A DNA stretch of 63,470 nt, the filler included, from Globobulimina sp. (Eukaryota): NCBI GenBank assembly GCA_003354225.1. It is 54 parts of 54 records of this genome, joined end to end, with 100 filler letters (N's around TTAATTAATTAA, not from the genome) between each part and the next. Parts side by side here need not be neighbours in the genome. Positions count along the whole stretch, not along the records: positions 23,560 to 24,636 come from PIVH01024130.1; positions 24,737 to 25,813 come from PIVH01024131.1; positions 25,914 to 26,990 come from PIVH01024132.1; positions 27,091 to 28,167 come from PIVH01024133.1; positions 28,268 to 29,344 come from PIVH01024134.1; positions 29,445 to 30,521 come from PIVH01024135.1; positions 30,622 to 31,698 come from PIVH01024136.1; positions 31,799 to 32,875 come from PIVH01024137.1; 46 more parts are not named here. One strand, given 5' to 3'. Positions 23,562-36,557 of this stretch are shown here, one piece after another. Both the position numbers and the translations under genes were made by a program. A model generated the notes under the pieces. That model had not been told where the DNA came from. It was given only the letters and a program-made list of their open reading frames with translations, and made no database searches. How positions within the stretch are numbered: the first letter of the stretch is position 1; every line of letters starts with the position of its first letter.

Positions 23562-24636
23562 TTCCCGCGTGTGATGGGAGTGTTGACGCATTTGGACAAA
23601 TATGTCAAATTGAAGAAGAAACAGAGCATTGTTTACCACGTAAAACACCGGTTTTGGAAGGAAATCTATGCCGGCGCTAAATTGTTTGTATTGAAAGGAT
23701 TGGATAAGAAATTCGACAATTATTTTAAGTCAGATATACAGAACTTGGTCAGATTTATATCTGTGTTGAAATTTAGACCCTTGACCTGGAGGAATAACCA
23801 TCCGTATGTCTTATGTGACCGTTATGAAGACTTGACGCCGCCGGTATTGATACACAAATATGGCGCCAAACAGACGGAGAGAACCATTGCTTTCTATGGC
23901 TATGTTCGTGGCTGCAATTTGAGGCAGAAACAAAATGTTCACATTTGCGGGGTGGGCGATTTTCAGATTAAATCTGTGCAGGAGATGGAGGATCCGGTGC
24001 CTACCAAAAAAACCCGCAATAAATCTAAGACATTGAGGTAAATATATATTTGATAATAAATCTCTTCAAATATGAGTAAATATCATGTATATATTATTCA
24101 GAAACAATCATAAATGCTTATTGTATCTGACTATAAATGCACTGTTTGTTCGTATCTGGAAGAGATTTATTTGCATTTTTTTCTATTTTGGTATATATGG
24201 CATGTTTAATGTTAAAGGGTGTTGACCAAAGCTGGCAGAGTATACGCACCAATGGCGAATTTAGGGCCAGTTGTATTTGATAAACACGCGGCATACATTA
24301 CCGTTCGGCGCAGTGCGTCCGATGCGAAAAGACATGATTTGAAGAAACATTCCTGGGAAACGGAAGAAGCGTACCTCAAAAGATTAAAAGTCGAAGCCAT
24401 TCAAACCGATGAAACTAAGAAATTAATCGATATAAAATCTGGCGATTCCCTCAAAATGATGGTCAAACTCCGAGATAAATACCACGGCATTGGCATTGAT
24501 GAAAAGATGAAGAAATCCTCATTGCGCTTATTCCAACATAGCGAACCATTGACTGCTATGGATATCGATGACTTTGAAGCGGAGAAAGCCGTCAAGGAGT
24601 TGGAAAGCGGAGAAACCAGCAGTGGTATTTTGAAAA
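23562..24636 (+). CDS. BMS1: Ribosome biogenesis GTPase BMS1, internal fragment, intron 24038-24217
   Basis: FPRVMGVLTHLD, KHRFWKEIYAGAKLF, RFISVLKFRPLTWRNNHPY, YGYVRG, YAPM. Confidence 0.95.
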
Positions 24637-25368
24637 NNNNNNNNNNNNNNNNNNNNNNNNNNNNNNNNNNNNNNNNNNNNTTAATTAATTAANNNNNNNN
24701 NNNNNNNNNNNNNNNNNNNNNNNNNNNNNNNNNNNNAAGGTTTATTTCCCACAGTTATTTTGTAGCGGACCACGGGGGTAGGTCCGCTGGGTGATGTTGT
24801 TGTTGGAGGGGGAACGGAAGTGAGCACAAAGTTGGTACAATGGCACAATTTGATTAATATCTTTTATTAAAAGAAACAGCACTGACGAACAGTGTCACAT
24901 ATAAAAGTCATGAGTAAGACAATGAGGGAGAGACAATAGTCTCTCCAATTTTAAAGAGAAAATCAGGGCCATGCTCTGTTTTATCCGAATTACCAACTAT
25001 GTCAACAGGACACAGTTAGTGTGTATAAAAACGTTTTTGACGTTTAGTTTTGTCAGGTCATGTACTGATTTGTTTTGTACATTGGCTGTTTTTGACCGAC
25101 TAATCCGGATACAACAGGGCATTCTGCGCAGTTATAAAAACAATTACTTTAAAACAATATTACATTAAGACACACAGAATGGCCATGACTTTCGCTGATT
25201 ACTAATGCATAATATGTACAAATGTTAATTAAGCACATGGTAGTCAATATTGGTCTGCGCGACACCTCCCCACCTGGAAAAGTGCCGACCCGGCACTCCA
25301 CTCAGGTTCCAACTGTTGGGGTGGCTGAACAAACCACTACTCATAAAGAAACTCCAACTTTGGATATG

Positions 25369-25610
25369 GTTCTACAAAACTTTGAATCAATTGATTATCT
25401 CAAAACAAAGGGAAATGGATTTAATATGAAGCTTGGTGCCATTTATAAAGTAAATCAAATGGTTAGGCTGGGAATGGCTTTCCATACACCGACAATCTAT
25501 AATATGAGAGATGATTATTGGACAGATGTATATTCAAAATTAGATGATGGTACAGACGTAACAAATAAAGTGGGTAAATCAGATAAAGGAAATTATAATT
25601 GGGAATGGGA
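25369..25610 (+). CDS. Bacteroidetes-like outer-membrane beta-barrel (FadL/OmpP1-like) fragment inside a chimeric contig
   Basis: GNGFNMKLGAIYKV..VRLGMAFHTPT. Confidence 0.6.
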
Positions 25611-25913
25611 CATAGAGCATGATCCAGGACCTCCAGATAGTGGAGTTCGTGACAAGTATGGTGTTATCATCAATTGGCATGGTTGCTGTAAACACTATCC
25701 TATCCTTGAATTTCACGATCAAATTTCTAAAGTTACTGAAATTGCTCAACAAAAAGGAAATTATTTTACGATTCAACCTGTCGGAACTCCTTCCGCTGAT
25801 GGAAGTGGAAGTANNNNNNNNNNNNNNNNNNNNNNNNNNNNNNNNNNNNNNNNNNNNTTAATTAATTAANNNNNNNNNNNNNNNNNNNNNNNNNNNNNNN
25901 NNNNNNNNNNNNN

Positions 25914-26990
25914 TTATAAGAAAAATAAATTAGAAAATGCCTCAAAAACATTAACAAAACAATCAACATTATCTGAACAAGTTATGTGCTGTATTCATTT
26001 TTTTGTGACCGCAATATATGCATTTTTTTATTTTTTATTATATTATCGTAGAAAATTAATGCGTGTCATAAACGATTGAGGAAATCTATTGAACTCAACC
26101 AAATTGAAGCTCGTAAGGTGGAGATTTTAAAGCTTGCGGAGGAGATTGTTGGTGTTCAAATTGTGACTTCGGAAGATTCTGTAATTAGTAACAATAAAAT
26201 TGATATTGCAATGGATGAGACATTGATGGTTGAAAGCATCCATTCCTTTGGTGAGGTGACTGGCGGTGTTGCGGCGGTCGTGTTGTCTGTGGCGGATAAT
26301 AAGGATTCCACTGTCACCATGAAGTGGAAATTAGTTGGCACTCAAAACAATAATGATCATAAATTGAATGTGTTATGGAAAGAGATTGAATCGAAAGGCG
26401 ATGATTACAAAGAATTTGATGAAAAGAAAAACGAGAATGAATGGACAAACCAAGAGATTAAATTGAACTCTTTACAAAATATTAATGCGTCACGAATAAA
26501 TGTTAGATTTAATTCAGATAAAAATGTCACCACATTTGCATTGAAAATGCGATATTTTAATGATAAGAAATGGTCGAATTATTCAAATATTATGACTGTG
26601 AAAGCGGAATATACGTTTCTTAGATATAATGGTTTGCATTCATTGTTAATCAAAGGAATCAAATTAAAAAATATGTTTGTGAACAATGTATTGCCCGAAA
26701 CATTGAAAAATAAACAATTTTCTTTGTTGTTACGTGGAAGTGAACATGGATTTGATGTTAATACATTTATACAACGATGTGCAAACAAAGGAGCTTCCCT
26801 TGTTATTGTGAGTACAAATCAATATGACAGAATATTTGGTGGATATACATCAATTTCATGGCAAGGGACTGGTGGATATAAGACCGATGCCAATGCGTTT
26901 TTGTATTTTATGTCAGAAAAAGAAAACAAAGGACAACGAATTCCAGTTAAAACTGGTGGTGCAAATGCAATGTATTTTAATAATAATTGT
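25914..26990 (+). CDS. TLDc-domain protein fragment (intron about 25981-26050)
   Basis: LLLRGSEHGFDVNTFIQRCANKGASLVIV...IFGGYTSISW...DANAFLY. Confidence 0.9.
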
Positions 26991-27168
26991 NNNNNNNNNN
27001 NNNNNNNNNNNNNNNNNNNNNNNNNNNNNNNNNNTTAATTAATTAANNNNNNNNNNNNNNNNNNNNNNNNNNNNNNNNNNNNNNNNNNNNTTGGGATAAG
27101 ACCTAGGACCTAGGGGCAAATGTTCCCTAAACTTTTTTGGCTTAGTTTCATTTCATTTCAACGATTGG

Positions 27169-27290
27169 CAAGGTTTTTGAGTTAGCTAGAGTGGTTTTCA
27201 ACTTCGAATACTAGGATTACTAGGTCATCGAATACTAGGTCAACTTCGAATACTAGGTTGAAAACCACTCTAGCTAACCCAAAAACGTTG
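27169..27290. repeat. Foldback/MITE-like element: 34-bp inverted arms (32/34) around three TCGAATACTAGG copies
   Basis: 27169-27202 matches the reverse complement of 27257-27290. Confidence 0.8.
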
Positions 27291-27868
27291 CTTTTTTTTT
27301 TAATGGAAGGGGAAAACTTTTTAAATATATTTAGTACACGCTCTGACCTATAACAAAGCCCTTAGTTTAAATAACCATGCGTCTTACAATAGATCAACAG
27401 CATGCACAAAAATTTTAAGAAAAATAACAAAACCAAACAATCACAAAGTGAGCAATATAAATTTAGAGAAAAATAATAAAAAGATTTGTAATCAATCAAA
27501 AGAAAAGAGTTTTTTTTGTGAAAAATAAAAACAATTTTAACAAAATAATCAAAACGAAATTCTGTTTATTGCATATCATAAAATAACAAAGATTGTTTAC
27601 GTGATAAGGCTCGATTTGCATCATAGACAAAACGCAAAGAGTTCAATATCAACTAAATTCAACCAAAATGAAATAATCATAAATCAATATATTTTTTAAA
27701 TCTATGTGTATTGAAGATACCTAGGTGGGTCGGGGACCCGTAAACCATTGAGAAGAAGACGAATAGGTTAGTTTCAGAAATTAATGCAGAAAATGAGAAT
27801 AATCGATGAAAATGAGAAAAATCCATGAAAATGAGATTATATTTAATAAAATAAGTTTTTTGAATATT

Positions 27869-27954
27869 CGGATCTCAGATCTCACATCGCGGATCTCATA
27901 TCTCGGATCTCATATCTCGGATCTCATATCTCGGATCTCATATCTCAGATCTCA
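27869..27954 (+). repeat. 14-bp tandem repeat GGATCTCATATCTC
   Basis: About 5-6 consecutive copies. Confidence 0.9.
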
Positions 27955-28267
27955 AATGTAGGAATTCCTTAAGTAAATCTCTTTAGGAATATTTTCACGG
28001 AAAAATTTTAAATTTGGACAGTATGTGTATCTTTGAGTTAAACTCTTAAATACCAAATTATAGCTCTCAAAACACAATAGAAGAAGAGTTATTGGCTAAA
28101 AACATGAAAAAAATCTATCCGTACACTAAATGACGGACACATACTTAGATAATTTTTCGGATACCTANNNNNNNNNNNNNNNNNNNNNNNNNNNNNNNNN
28201 NNNNNNNNNNNTTAATTAATTAANNNNNNNNNNNNNNNNNNNNNNNNNNNNNNNNNNNNNNNNNNNN

Positions 28268-29000
28268 AGCATATTGGGAGCATATTGGGATCATATTAAG
28301 CATATTGGGATCATATTGGGATCATATTGGGAGCATATTGGGATCATATTGGGATCATATTGAGAGCATATTGAGAGCATATTGGGAGCATATTGGGATC
28401 ATATTGTGACATATTGGGAGCATATTGAGAGCATATTGTGAGCATATTGAGAGCATATTGGGAGCATATTGGGAGCATATTGGGATGATATTAAGCATAT
28501 TGGGATCATATTAAGCATATTGGGATCATATTAAGCATATTGGGACATATTGGGATCATATTGGGAGCATATTGAGACATATTGGGAGCATATTAAGCAT
28601 ATTGGGACATATTGGGATCATATTGTGAGCATATTAAGCATATTGGGAGCATATTGGAATCATATTAAGCATATTGGGATCATATTAAACATATTGGGAT
28701 CATATTGGGAGCATATTGGGAGCATATTAAGCATATTGAGAGCATATTGTGACATATTGTGAGCATATTGGGATGATATTAAGCAATTGGGATCATATTA
28801 AGCATATTGTGACATATTGTGAGCATATTGAGAGCATATTGGGAGCATATTGAAATCATATTGGGACATATTGGGATCATATTAAGCATATTGGGAGCAT
28901 ATTAAGCATATTGGGATCATATTAAGCATATTAGGAGCATATTGGGAGCATATTAAGCATATTATGATCATATTAAGCATATTGGGATCATATTAAGCAT
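28268..29000 (+). repeat. Minisatellite with CATATT core (11-bp GAGCATATTGG/GATCATATTGG and 9-bp AAGCATATT units)
   Basis: Continuous array of about 730 bp. Confidence 0.97.
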
Positions 29001-29081
29001 CCCAATTCCACAGTATCTTGTTTTAGCTCCACAGTTTCTTGTTTTATTACGTAAATTTATACCAATTCCACTGTTCCTCAA

Positions 29082-29344
29082 AAAATCACACCCAACTAAA
29101 TCACACCCAACTGAACCAGGCAAATCGCCGACCAAATCACACCCAAATGAACTCTGCAAATCGCCGGCCAAATCACACCTAAATGAACCACGCAAATCGC
29201 CGACCAAATCACACCCAACTGAACCACGCAAATCTCCCAAATAAATCACACCCAACTGAACCACGCAAATCTCCCAAATAAATCACACCCAACTGAACCA
29301 CGCAAATCTCCCAAATAAATCACACCCAACTGACCAAATCACAC
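29082..29344 (+). repeat. ~36-bp tandem repeat AAATCACACCCAACTGAACCACGCAAATCKCC...
   Basis: About 7 degenerate copies. Confidence 0.92.
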
Positions 29345-30621
29345 NNNNNNNNNNNNNNNNNNNNNNNNNNNNNNNNNNNNNNNNNNNNTTAATTAATTAA
29401 NNNNNNNNNNNNNNNNNNNNNNNNNNNNNNNNNNNNNNNNNNNNTTAGCATTTGATGTTTCAAGCTGTACAATTGATACTACATTGCAAGCAACAGAAAA
29501 TGATATTATTACGCGTATTATTCACTATTGAGAAACTTCATATCAATTTTATCAATAATCAAAAACAACACAAAATGCAAATTAAATAATTGTACATGTT
29601 CTTTTTTTTGATTCAACATTGTAATCTAAAAAAAAAGAAGAGAGTAAGATGATAGGTATTGAGTGTCTTAATATTGCATATTTGGAAAGAAGTGTAAATA
29701 ATTTCGGATTGATGTTGTAGCAAACCAATCCAAATATGTTTCGTCTCAAGTTAATATCACTTGGAGCTTTCTTCTTGTTTTAAACTGCATAATATTGCCG
29801 TATATTTATACATGATTGAATTTACTGCAAAATGCTTATGGTTTCATTCATTTTTGTTTAAATTAAAAAAAGTCAGTCACAAGAAAACATCATGCATCAT
29901 CCAGCATGGCAATGGCAACTCAATTGCAAGCTTGCGAGGCGATCGGATGGATCGATCCTGTATTTAACAATGAACAATGGAGCCGGGCCACTTGAATTGA
30001 TGATGAACATTTTACAGCACATATAATCATTTTATTGTTGTTACACAAGGCACGCATTCTGACATATCAATGATATCGATATCATATATTGCTGCCTCTC
30101 AATTTAGTACTATTCAATATTGATAGTAAACAATAACAATGATTTTAATACCAATCAAATATTCGATATCGATATCATCCAATTGCAATTTATAATACAT
30201 TTTTATAATGAATCAATTGCAAACACCGAATAATAATGCAATTGACAATGGACAATAACATATTATATTTTGATTTGTTGCTGTTGCATAATATATAGCA
30301 TACCATAAATATTTGTGTGCCATTCGATAGCAACATATATAGCTGCTCAATAATGTATGTTATGCACAAGAAATAGACAAGAAATGCGAGACTCAGTAGC
30401 TCAATATTTGATAGAGCGTGTGTCTGCAGCTTCGGCTGTGTCCCCCCAACAACCAACCTTCTCTTAATGATTCGCTATTAAACGCTAAAATAACTGTTTG
30501 TTTACCAACACCTTAAATATANNNNNNNNNNNNNNNNNNNNNNNNNNNNNNNNNNNNNNNNNNNNTTAATTAATTAANNNNNNNNNNNNNNNNNNNNNNN
30601 NNNNNNNNNNNNNNNNNNNNN

Positions 30622-30769
30622 ATAGTGAAATGTTTGCCGGCGCCAAAAATGTTAATCATTGGACTGGAACAGAAAATGTACACAAATAATATCGGCAAAT
30701 ATCGGCACACTTTTTGCCGATGCCGATAATGCAAATATCGGCCGATGCCGATATATCGGTCGGGCCCTA
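30622..30769 (-). mobile_element. End of a non-autonomous hAT-like/MITE element (TAGGG terminus, CCGATA/TATCGG-rich subterminal motifs)
   Basis: Reverse strand reads TAGGGCCCGACCGATATATCGGCATCGGCCGATA. Confidence 0.6.
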
Positions 30770-31815
30770 GTTGGGGGGTCAATTTTTGGCCTACATACAG
30801 TATGCATTTTCGCCTAAAAAAATCCATTTTGCTCAAATATATGATGAAACAGCAAAAAAATGAAAATCCACCCAAACCCGTACCCGTTATGTTTCAAATC
30901 GTATTGATTTCTTTGGTATGGCGTTGCCGTATACTTAGAAAAGTAGACAATTATAAGGAATCAAAATAATTTTTGGAAGGGTTATTGTCATAACTCTACT
31001 CTACGTTAACGTACTACATTGTTTGTACTATACTATGCACCAAATGTGTGGTGTGTCTGTCTGTCTGTACAATAAAAATGTAATTTTCAGAAAGTCTTTA
31101 CTGCAAACAACGAATTGGAAGGATCCGCAAATGGAGAAAAGAAGGATACTGGTCGTTACGGAAAACACCCACTTCCTGATTTTACTGATGTTCAGGTGTT
31201 TGATCCTGCACTAAAAGCTTTTGACAGAGCTCGCATTCGCCCTAACCGGACTGTGCTTGGTGATGAAGTTTATGGACAAATATATTATTTGAAATTTTAT
31301 TCTGGATTTTCACCTGATTTTATAAAGTACAGAGTGAGTTCAAGTATTTTTTTTAATCTGCAATCCCAGCCCAGGGAAATAATACTTTTTAAAATCATCG
31401 CCAACAAATCTAGCCCCCGGCTTGCCCCGTTCTACGAAACGCTTGCGGCCATTTCCCCCCATTCCGGTTTCCCTCAAAAATCTTACAGAAACCTAAACAT
31501 ACATACATACAATAGAGTAGAGAATATACATAAGTCCTTTTCCTTTGATCTGTAGACCCCCTACCAGACATAAAGAAGGGGGCTGGCCCACCCTGAGCAT
31601 CGACCTAGCCCCCCTAGCCTGGGGGCAATTTGTTTTGGGAATTTGGGATATGAAATTTGGGCAAAAATGACGTTTTCTGACCAAATAAATGTTTATTTNN
31701 NNNNNNNNNNNNNNNNNNNNNNNNNNNNNNNNNNNNNNNNNNTTAATTAATTAANNNNNNNNNNNNNNNNNNNNNNNNNNNNNNNNNNNNNNNNNNNNTT
31801 ATAAAAAAACGTTTT

Positions 31816-32817
31816 TCAAGAATTTACTGGAAGTGCTAATCTTGAATCGATGCTATTTGTCAGGTCTCTCCACATTTTGCCTTTGTTTTGAGCATAAAAT
31901 GTTTTGTATTGTATCGTCATATAATCGCAGTGACTACATTCATCGCTACAATTTAATTTATTTAAATATCCAAAACCACATTCTATCGGTTCACAAAATA
32001 GCGACGGATCCAGTCCAATAAATGTATTGTATTTATTATAAAACCAATCTACACTGTCTATAGTGTCATAGTCATGCAATATTTTGCCATTTTGCGTGAT
32101 ATCAATACATCCATAATCAATTCCCGTATGTTTAGATATCTCATATTTTATTGATGACAAAGCAGTGCTCCTCGACACTAATAACCATAATAAACGATAT
32201 GACCATGACACAAATAATTGGAGCATCCATTCGCTTGGGATTTTAACTAATTTGCTGTTCGAACTATTTCCAAAAATATCCATTTGAACGTCTAAACCAT
32301 TTATAATCGAATGATATGCCTCGATTTTAGACCAATAATAACTTGCATGAAAATCAATCATTTCTTTCACATAAAACACAGTCAATTCTTTTTTTACAAC
32401 GCCAATAGTATTCATATCTGATTTTGATCCCAATAACAATGATGTTTTAATGTAATAAATTCCATTTACAATGTTGCTTATATTGAATGGATGCTTTGGT
32501 ACTGAATCATAACATTTTAACTCCTTTTCGCTTGTTAATGTCTCTTCGCTGTAGTTCCGAAAAAATAGTTCAAAGCATAGAAAATAAACGTAATCAGTAT
32601 TTGGAGGAATTGCTGGAAGGTTTAGGTTTTGGTTAAACAGTAAAATGGATGATGTGTGATTTGTGACATTCCGAATGTAATGCAGTTTGGAGTTATTTCT
32701 GGGCGATTCAACTAACAACACATCACTTGGATTATCATTGCTTGCATCCATTGTGTGGAAATAGAATTGAGTCAATAATAAAATCAACATTGAACGCAAT
32801 TGCAGATGGCAACTCAT
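31816..32817 (-). CDS. Secreted/ER hypothetical protein with a possible ubiquitin-like domain
   Basis: Complete 333-aa ORF with signal-peptide-like start. Confidence 0.65.
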   Translation of the reverse strand: MSCHLQLRSMLILLLTQFYFHTMDASNDNPSDVLLVESPRNNSKLHYIRNVTNHTSSILLFNQNLNLPAIPPNTDYVYFLCFELFFRNYSEETLTSEKELKCYDSVPKHPFNISNIVNGIYYIKTSLLLGSKSDMNTIGVVKKELTVFYVKEMIDFHASYYWSKIEAYHSIINGLDVQMDIFGNSSNSKLVKIPSEWMLQLFVSWSYRLLWLLVSRSTALSSIKYEISKHTGIDYGCIDITQNGKILHDYDTIDSVDWFYNKYNTFIGLDPSLFCEPIECGFGYLNKLNCSDECSHCDYMTIQYKTFYAQNKGKMWRDLTNSIDSRLALPVNS

Positions 32818-33334
32818 TTAATAAATGATGTGTTGGACTGAGGGAAACGAGCTCGAGAGGATGGTTACGTGAATTNNNNNNNNNNNNNNNNNNNNNNNNN
32901 NNNNNNNNNNNNNNNNNNNTTAATTAATTAANNNNNNNNNNNNNNNNNNNNNNNNNNNNNNNNNNNNNNNNNNNNGCTATTTGCTGTGGCTTCTGCATGA
33001 TTGTCAAGCTTCTTTTCTTTTGTTGCCATGATTTAAAATAGTATTGACTCTGTATTAAGTCTCTTTGGAAAAAAAACATTTAAATGAATTTCTTTAATTG
33101 CAACATGGTCAGCAAAATAATTGTTGGATTGTATTAATAGAATGATAAATGTATTATTCTTGTTATTCCAGGTCTCCTTGAATCAACATGGTATTGAATA
33201 TGTGTTGTTAAAACCAAGTAATATTTTGAGTTCCAGTTTACTTAAGTCACTCAAAAATCACTTTAACACCGCAACAATACCACCGTCGTCAAACAAACAA
33301 AGAAAACCGACGGGTATTAACCACATTTAGTCCA

Positions 33335-33961
33335 ATGTCTGATGAGGAATCTGGAGACACATTCGTTTCTGGCACACATGTGCCCGATGATAAATTCTCA
33401 TATCCATCGGATGCCCAATTGGGACATCACATTATCGCCAAAAAGATAAAATCTGCCACTGGCAGAGGTTCTATCTCAAGCGACACAATTGCTGCAATCG
33501 CGGCGTTATTAAAATCAAATGTAATCCATCCATATGGTAATGATAATGGCATCAATGTTGATTTACAAGCCATTGCTGATGCTTTTCACAAAGCAAAAGC
33601 TTATGAGGAGGCTCATCCAGACGATGAGAAGGTGAATCACGACGATATTGTCGCCTTATTATCAAACAGTTTATGGTTTGACAAAGATTTGAAAAAGAGA
33701 CGCAAATCGAGATGGGAAAAAAGATTGACATTATTTGATGTAAAAGGACAAATCGATGGGTGGGATTTTCCCAATCCTCCCCAAGAAGCAATACATTGTG
33801 ACCAGAGAGACAATGAAGAGTCTGATGGATCGGAGGAGAATCAAAACCCCCGCGTCCACCGAGACGATGATGAAAAAGAAAAGCGAGATGAGGCTGACTC
33901 AGATGTAGCCGATTTAGGTGAATTGGAGGATGAAGAGATGGTTTTTGTCATTCCAAATTGA
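33335..33961 (+). CDS. Hypothetical protein with acidic tail
   Basis: Complete 208-aa ATG-initiated ORF. Confidence 0.55.
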   Translation: MSDEESGDTFVSGTHVPDDKFSYPSDAQLGHHIIAKKIKSATGRGSISSDTIAAIAALLKSNVIHPYGNDNGINVDLQAIADAFHKAKAYEEAHPDDEKVNHDDIVALLSNSLWFDKDLKKRRKSRWEKRLTLFDVKGQIDGWDFPNPPQEAIHCDQRDNEESDGSEENQNPRVHRDDDEKEKRDEADSDVADLGELEDEEMVFVIPN

Positions 33962-34418
33962 CTTTGGCCAACTAAGTGATTTTCGAGACCGTTACATTTC
34001 ATGTCTCCAATGTCTACACTTGTCTTTTAGATTGGCGATCCTAAATATGATTNNNNNNNNNNNNNNNNNNNNNNNNNNNNNNNNNNNNNNNNNNNNTTAA
34101 TTAATTAANNNNNNNNNNNNNNNNNNNNNNNNNNNNNNNNNNNNNNNNNNNNGGCGTAGCACCCGACCCGCCGTAAGCAGTGGATGATACATTTTGTTGT
34201 TGTATCGCTTTCACCCTTTTTTCATGATTAATCACCTGTTGTTGTGGTGGGATTATTGGATTTCCTTTATCATCCATATGAACATGGACCATTTGATTAT
34301 TATTTTCCTCAGGATCTACACGTGCGCTCATTCTGTTGAATAAATAAAAATGTGAAGATCAGTTAAAAGTTTTAATTTTAATTATCTAAAAACTAACTTT
34401 CACAGAATATTACTAAAC

Positions 34419-35027
34419 ATGGCTTTGCCTGCCACCTCGTTTAGTTTTCTTAAGCGAAAAAACCAGCAAATACAAGGTTGGTTGAAAACAAACTATTTGT
34501 TAAATAGCAGCAATAATTCCGTATTAAATCAATCTATGAAAGATATATTAATTGTTTTTGGTGGAATTAAATCGTTGTTAATATATATTGCAAAGTATGC
34601 AGATGAAGAGCAACTAGAGTCAATGCGTCAAATTATTTTAACACAAACAATTAATTATAAACATAAACACCAAACTGACGCTATTAAATCCGTAACAAAT
34701 ACAAGTACAACAAAAAAAAACAATTTGTTTTCTAAATTACCGAATGTATGTATTAATGAAATGTGTGCTTATTTACGAAATGAAGACATATCACATTTTA
34801 AATTAGCGTCAAGAAAAATTGGTATAATCTGTTTGCAACAAATGAATAAAATCAGCATTGGAGTAATCAATGCAAATCTCCTTCTAAATAAATCCTATAT
34901 AGATTTAAATAAAATGGTTAAAATATCAAGACACAAAGCCATAAAACGCTTTTATTCGTTACAAGAAGAATGGAATGAACAATTTAATATACCCCTCGCA
35001 ATGTGCCCGCGTATAATTCGAAATTAG
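34419..35027 (+). CDS. F-box-like protein, N-terminal part
   Basis: LFSKLPNVCINEMCAYL..DISHFKLASR. Confidence 0.6.
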   Translation: MALPATSFSFLKRKNQQIQGWLKTNYLLNSSNNSVLNQSMKDILIVFGGIKSLLIYIAKYADEEQLESMRQIILTQTINYKHKHQTDAIKSVTNTSTTKKNNLFSKLPNVCINEMCAYLRNEDISHFKLASRKIGIICLQQMNKISIGVINANLLLNKSYIDLNKMVKISRHKAIKRFYSLQEEWNEQFNIPLAMCPRIIRN

Positions 35028-35331
35028 GGGCCTACATGTAAAACTATTTGCATTGATTCAAAATTTCATGAAACCATCCCTTATATTTTTATGCGGGTTT
35101 TGTCTGTAGATCTATTTTGCGTTTTATGCGGTAAAAAGTGACACCGACGGTAGCTATACCCGATGATGCCGGTCTGATCGCCAGGCGGGTTCCCGGATAT
35201 TGGCTGGTCCGCTGATTGGTGATTTGACGNNNNNNNNNNNNNNNNNNNNNNNNNNNNNNNNNNNNNNNNNNNNTTAATTAATTAANNNNNNNNNNNNNNN
35301 NNNNNNNNNNNNNNNNNNNNNNNNNNNNNCA

Positions 35332-36198
35332 TGGCAATATACGCTACATCGCCGATAACATCGCCATTGTCGATAATGCCACAAAGGACGAACTACGCAA
35401 AGAGGTACAAAAAATTTCAAACTCATTTTTCAAACTGATTTTTTTTGTTTTTTTAAGGTGGTGCGATTGAACAATAAATTGGCAGAAAAAATAGGTTCGA
35501 ACAATAGATTGGAAAAAGAAAACGAAACGATGCGGTTTAAAATCCAAGAAAATTTGGATGAGAATACGGAGATTTTTGGTCGCGGATTGGAGAAACACTC
35601 AATGTATGAGTCCGAATTTATAAATCAAGCGTTGAGCGACCAAATGATCACTGAGTTAAAGGGCGAAAATGAGAATTTGAAGCAAAAAATACGGCGATTG
35701 AGCACCGTGGACGCACTGTCCATATCTCGTAAAATCGAGAACGAAGTGTCTGAAATGGCACAATTTGTAACTTGGTCGTCGCAGTTATTGTGGCCTGATA
35801 TTATCCAAAGACTCTATAATCAAGAAAACGAGAATGATTTTGTATTAATGAAGAAAGTGATGAACGGAGTGCGAGAAAACAGCGAGGACATTGCGCGAAA
35901 GTTACAGTTCGAAATCAGCGAATTACAAAAGGAAATGAGTGAATTTCAAGGGAATAATGATTTGGCCATGAATAGGATAGCAACGTTGGAGAAGAAATTG
36001 GAAAAACAAAAAACAGAGCATTTGAAGGATAAGGAGCGATTTGCGACAAATACTATGAATGAATTAAATAGGTTGCGGACAGAAATAAAACGGGTTGGCA
36101 GAGCACAAGAAATCATACAACAACAAAAGATGCAAAATGAAAGTAATTATTATAATTATTTCTCGAGTGCGACCTCATATTTGTGGACTAAAAAATAG
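35332..36198 (+). CDS. Coiled-coil protein C-terminus, intron 35405-35457
   Basis: Heptad-rich frame; GT...AG intron joins the frames. Confidence 0.65.
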
Positions 36199-36557
36199 TT
36201 AAATTAACGTAGTGTTTTACTCAACTTTCTCATCATTGTTTTATCGCATTTGCCTTTATTGTACTTGTGCTTTTTTTGCCTGTTTTCTTTTTTTAATATT
36301 TTTTTGTTTTGTGTGTATATTGCATATATTTTGTAGTATTTGAGATAGCCGCGTAAATTTGACAGTTGTTTGTTTAATTTTACCTTCTTTTTTTTCTTGA
36401 TTATTTNNNNNNNNNNNNNNNNNNNNNNNNNNNNNNNNNNNNNNNNNNNNTTAATTAATTAANNNNNNNNNNNNNNNNNNNNNNNNNNNNNNNNNNNNNN
36501 NNNNNNAAACCATTTTACTGGCGAATTTAAATCAAAAATTGCCAAAAGGCTAAAACC

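Noticed and set aside
25222-25813. 215-aa ORF as a real bacterial-eukaryote fusion or HGT
   Set aside because: Three unrelated-looking segments in a 1-kb contig; a chimera is more parsimonious.
28550-29264. ORFs within the satellites
   Set aside because: Translations of tandem repeats with no coding signal.
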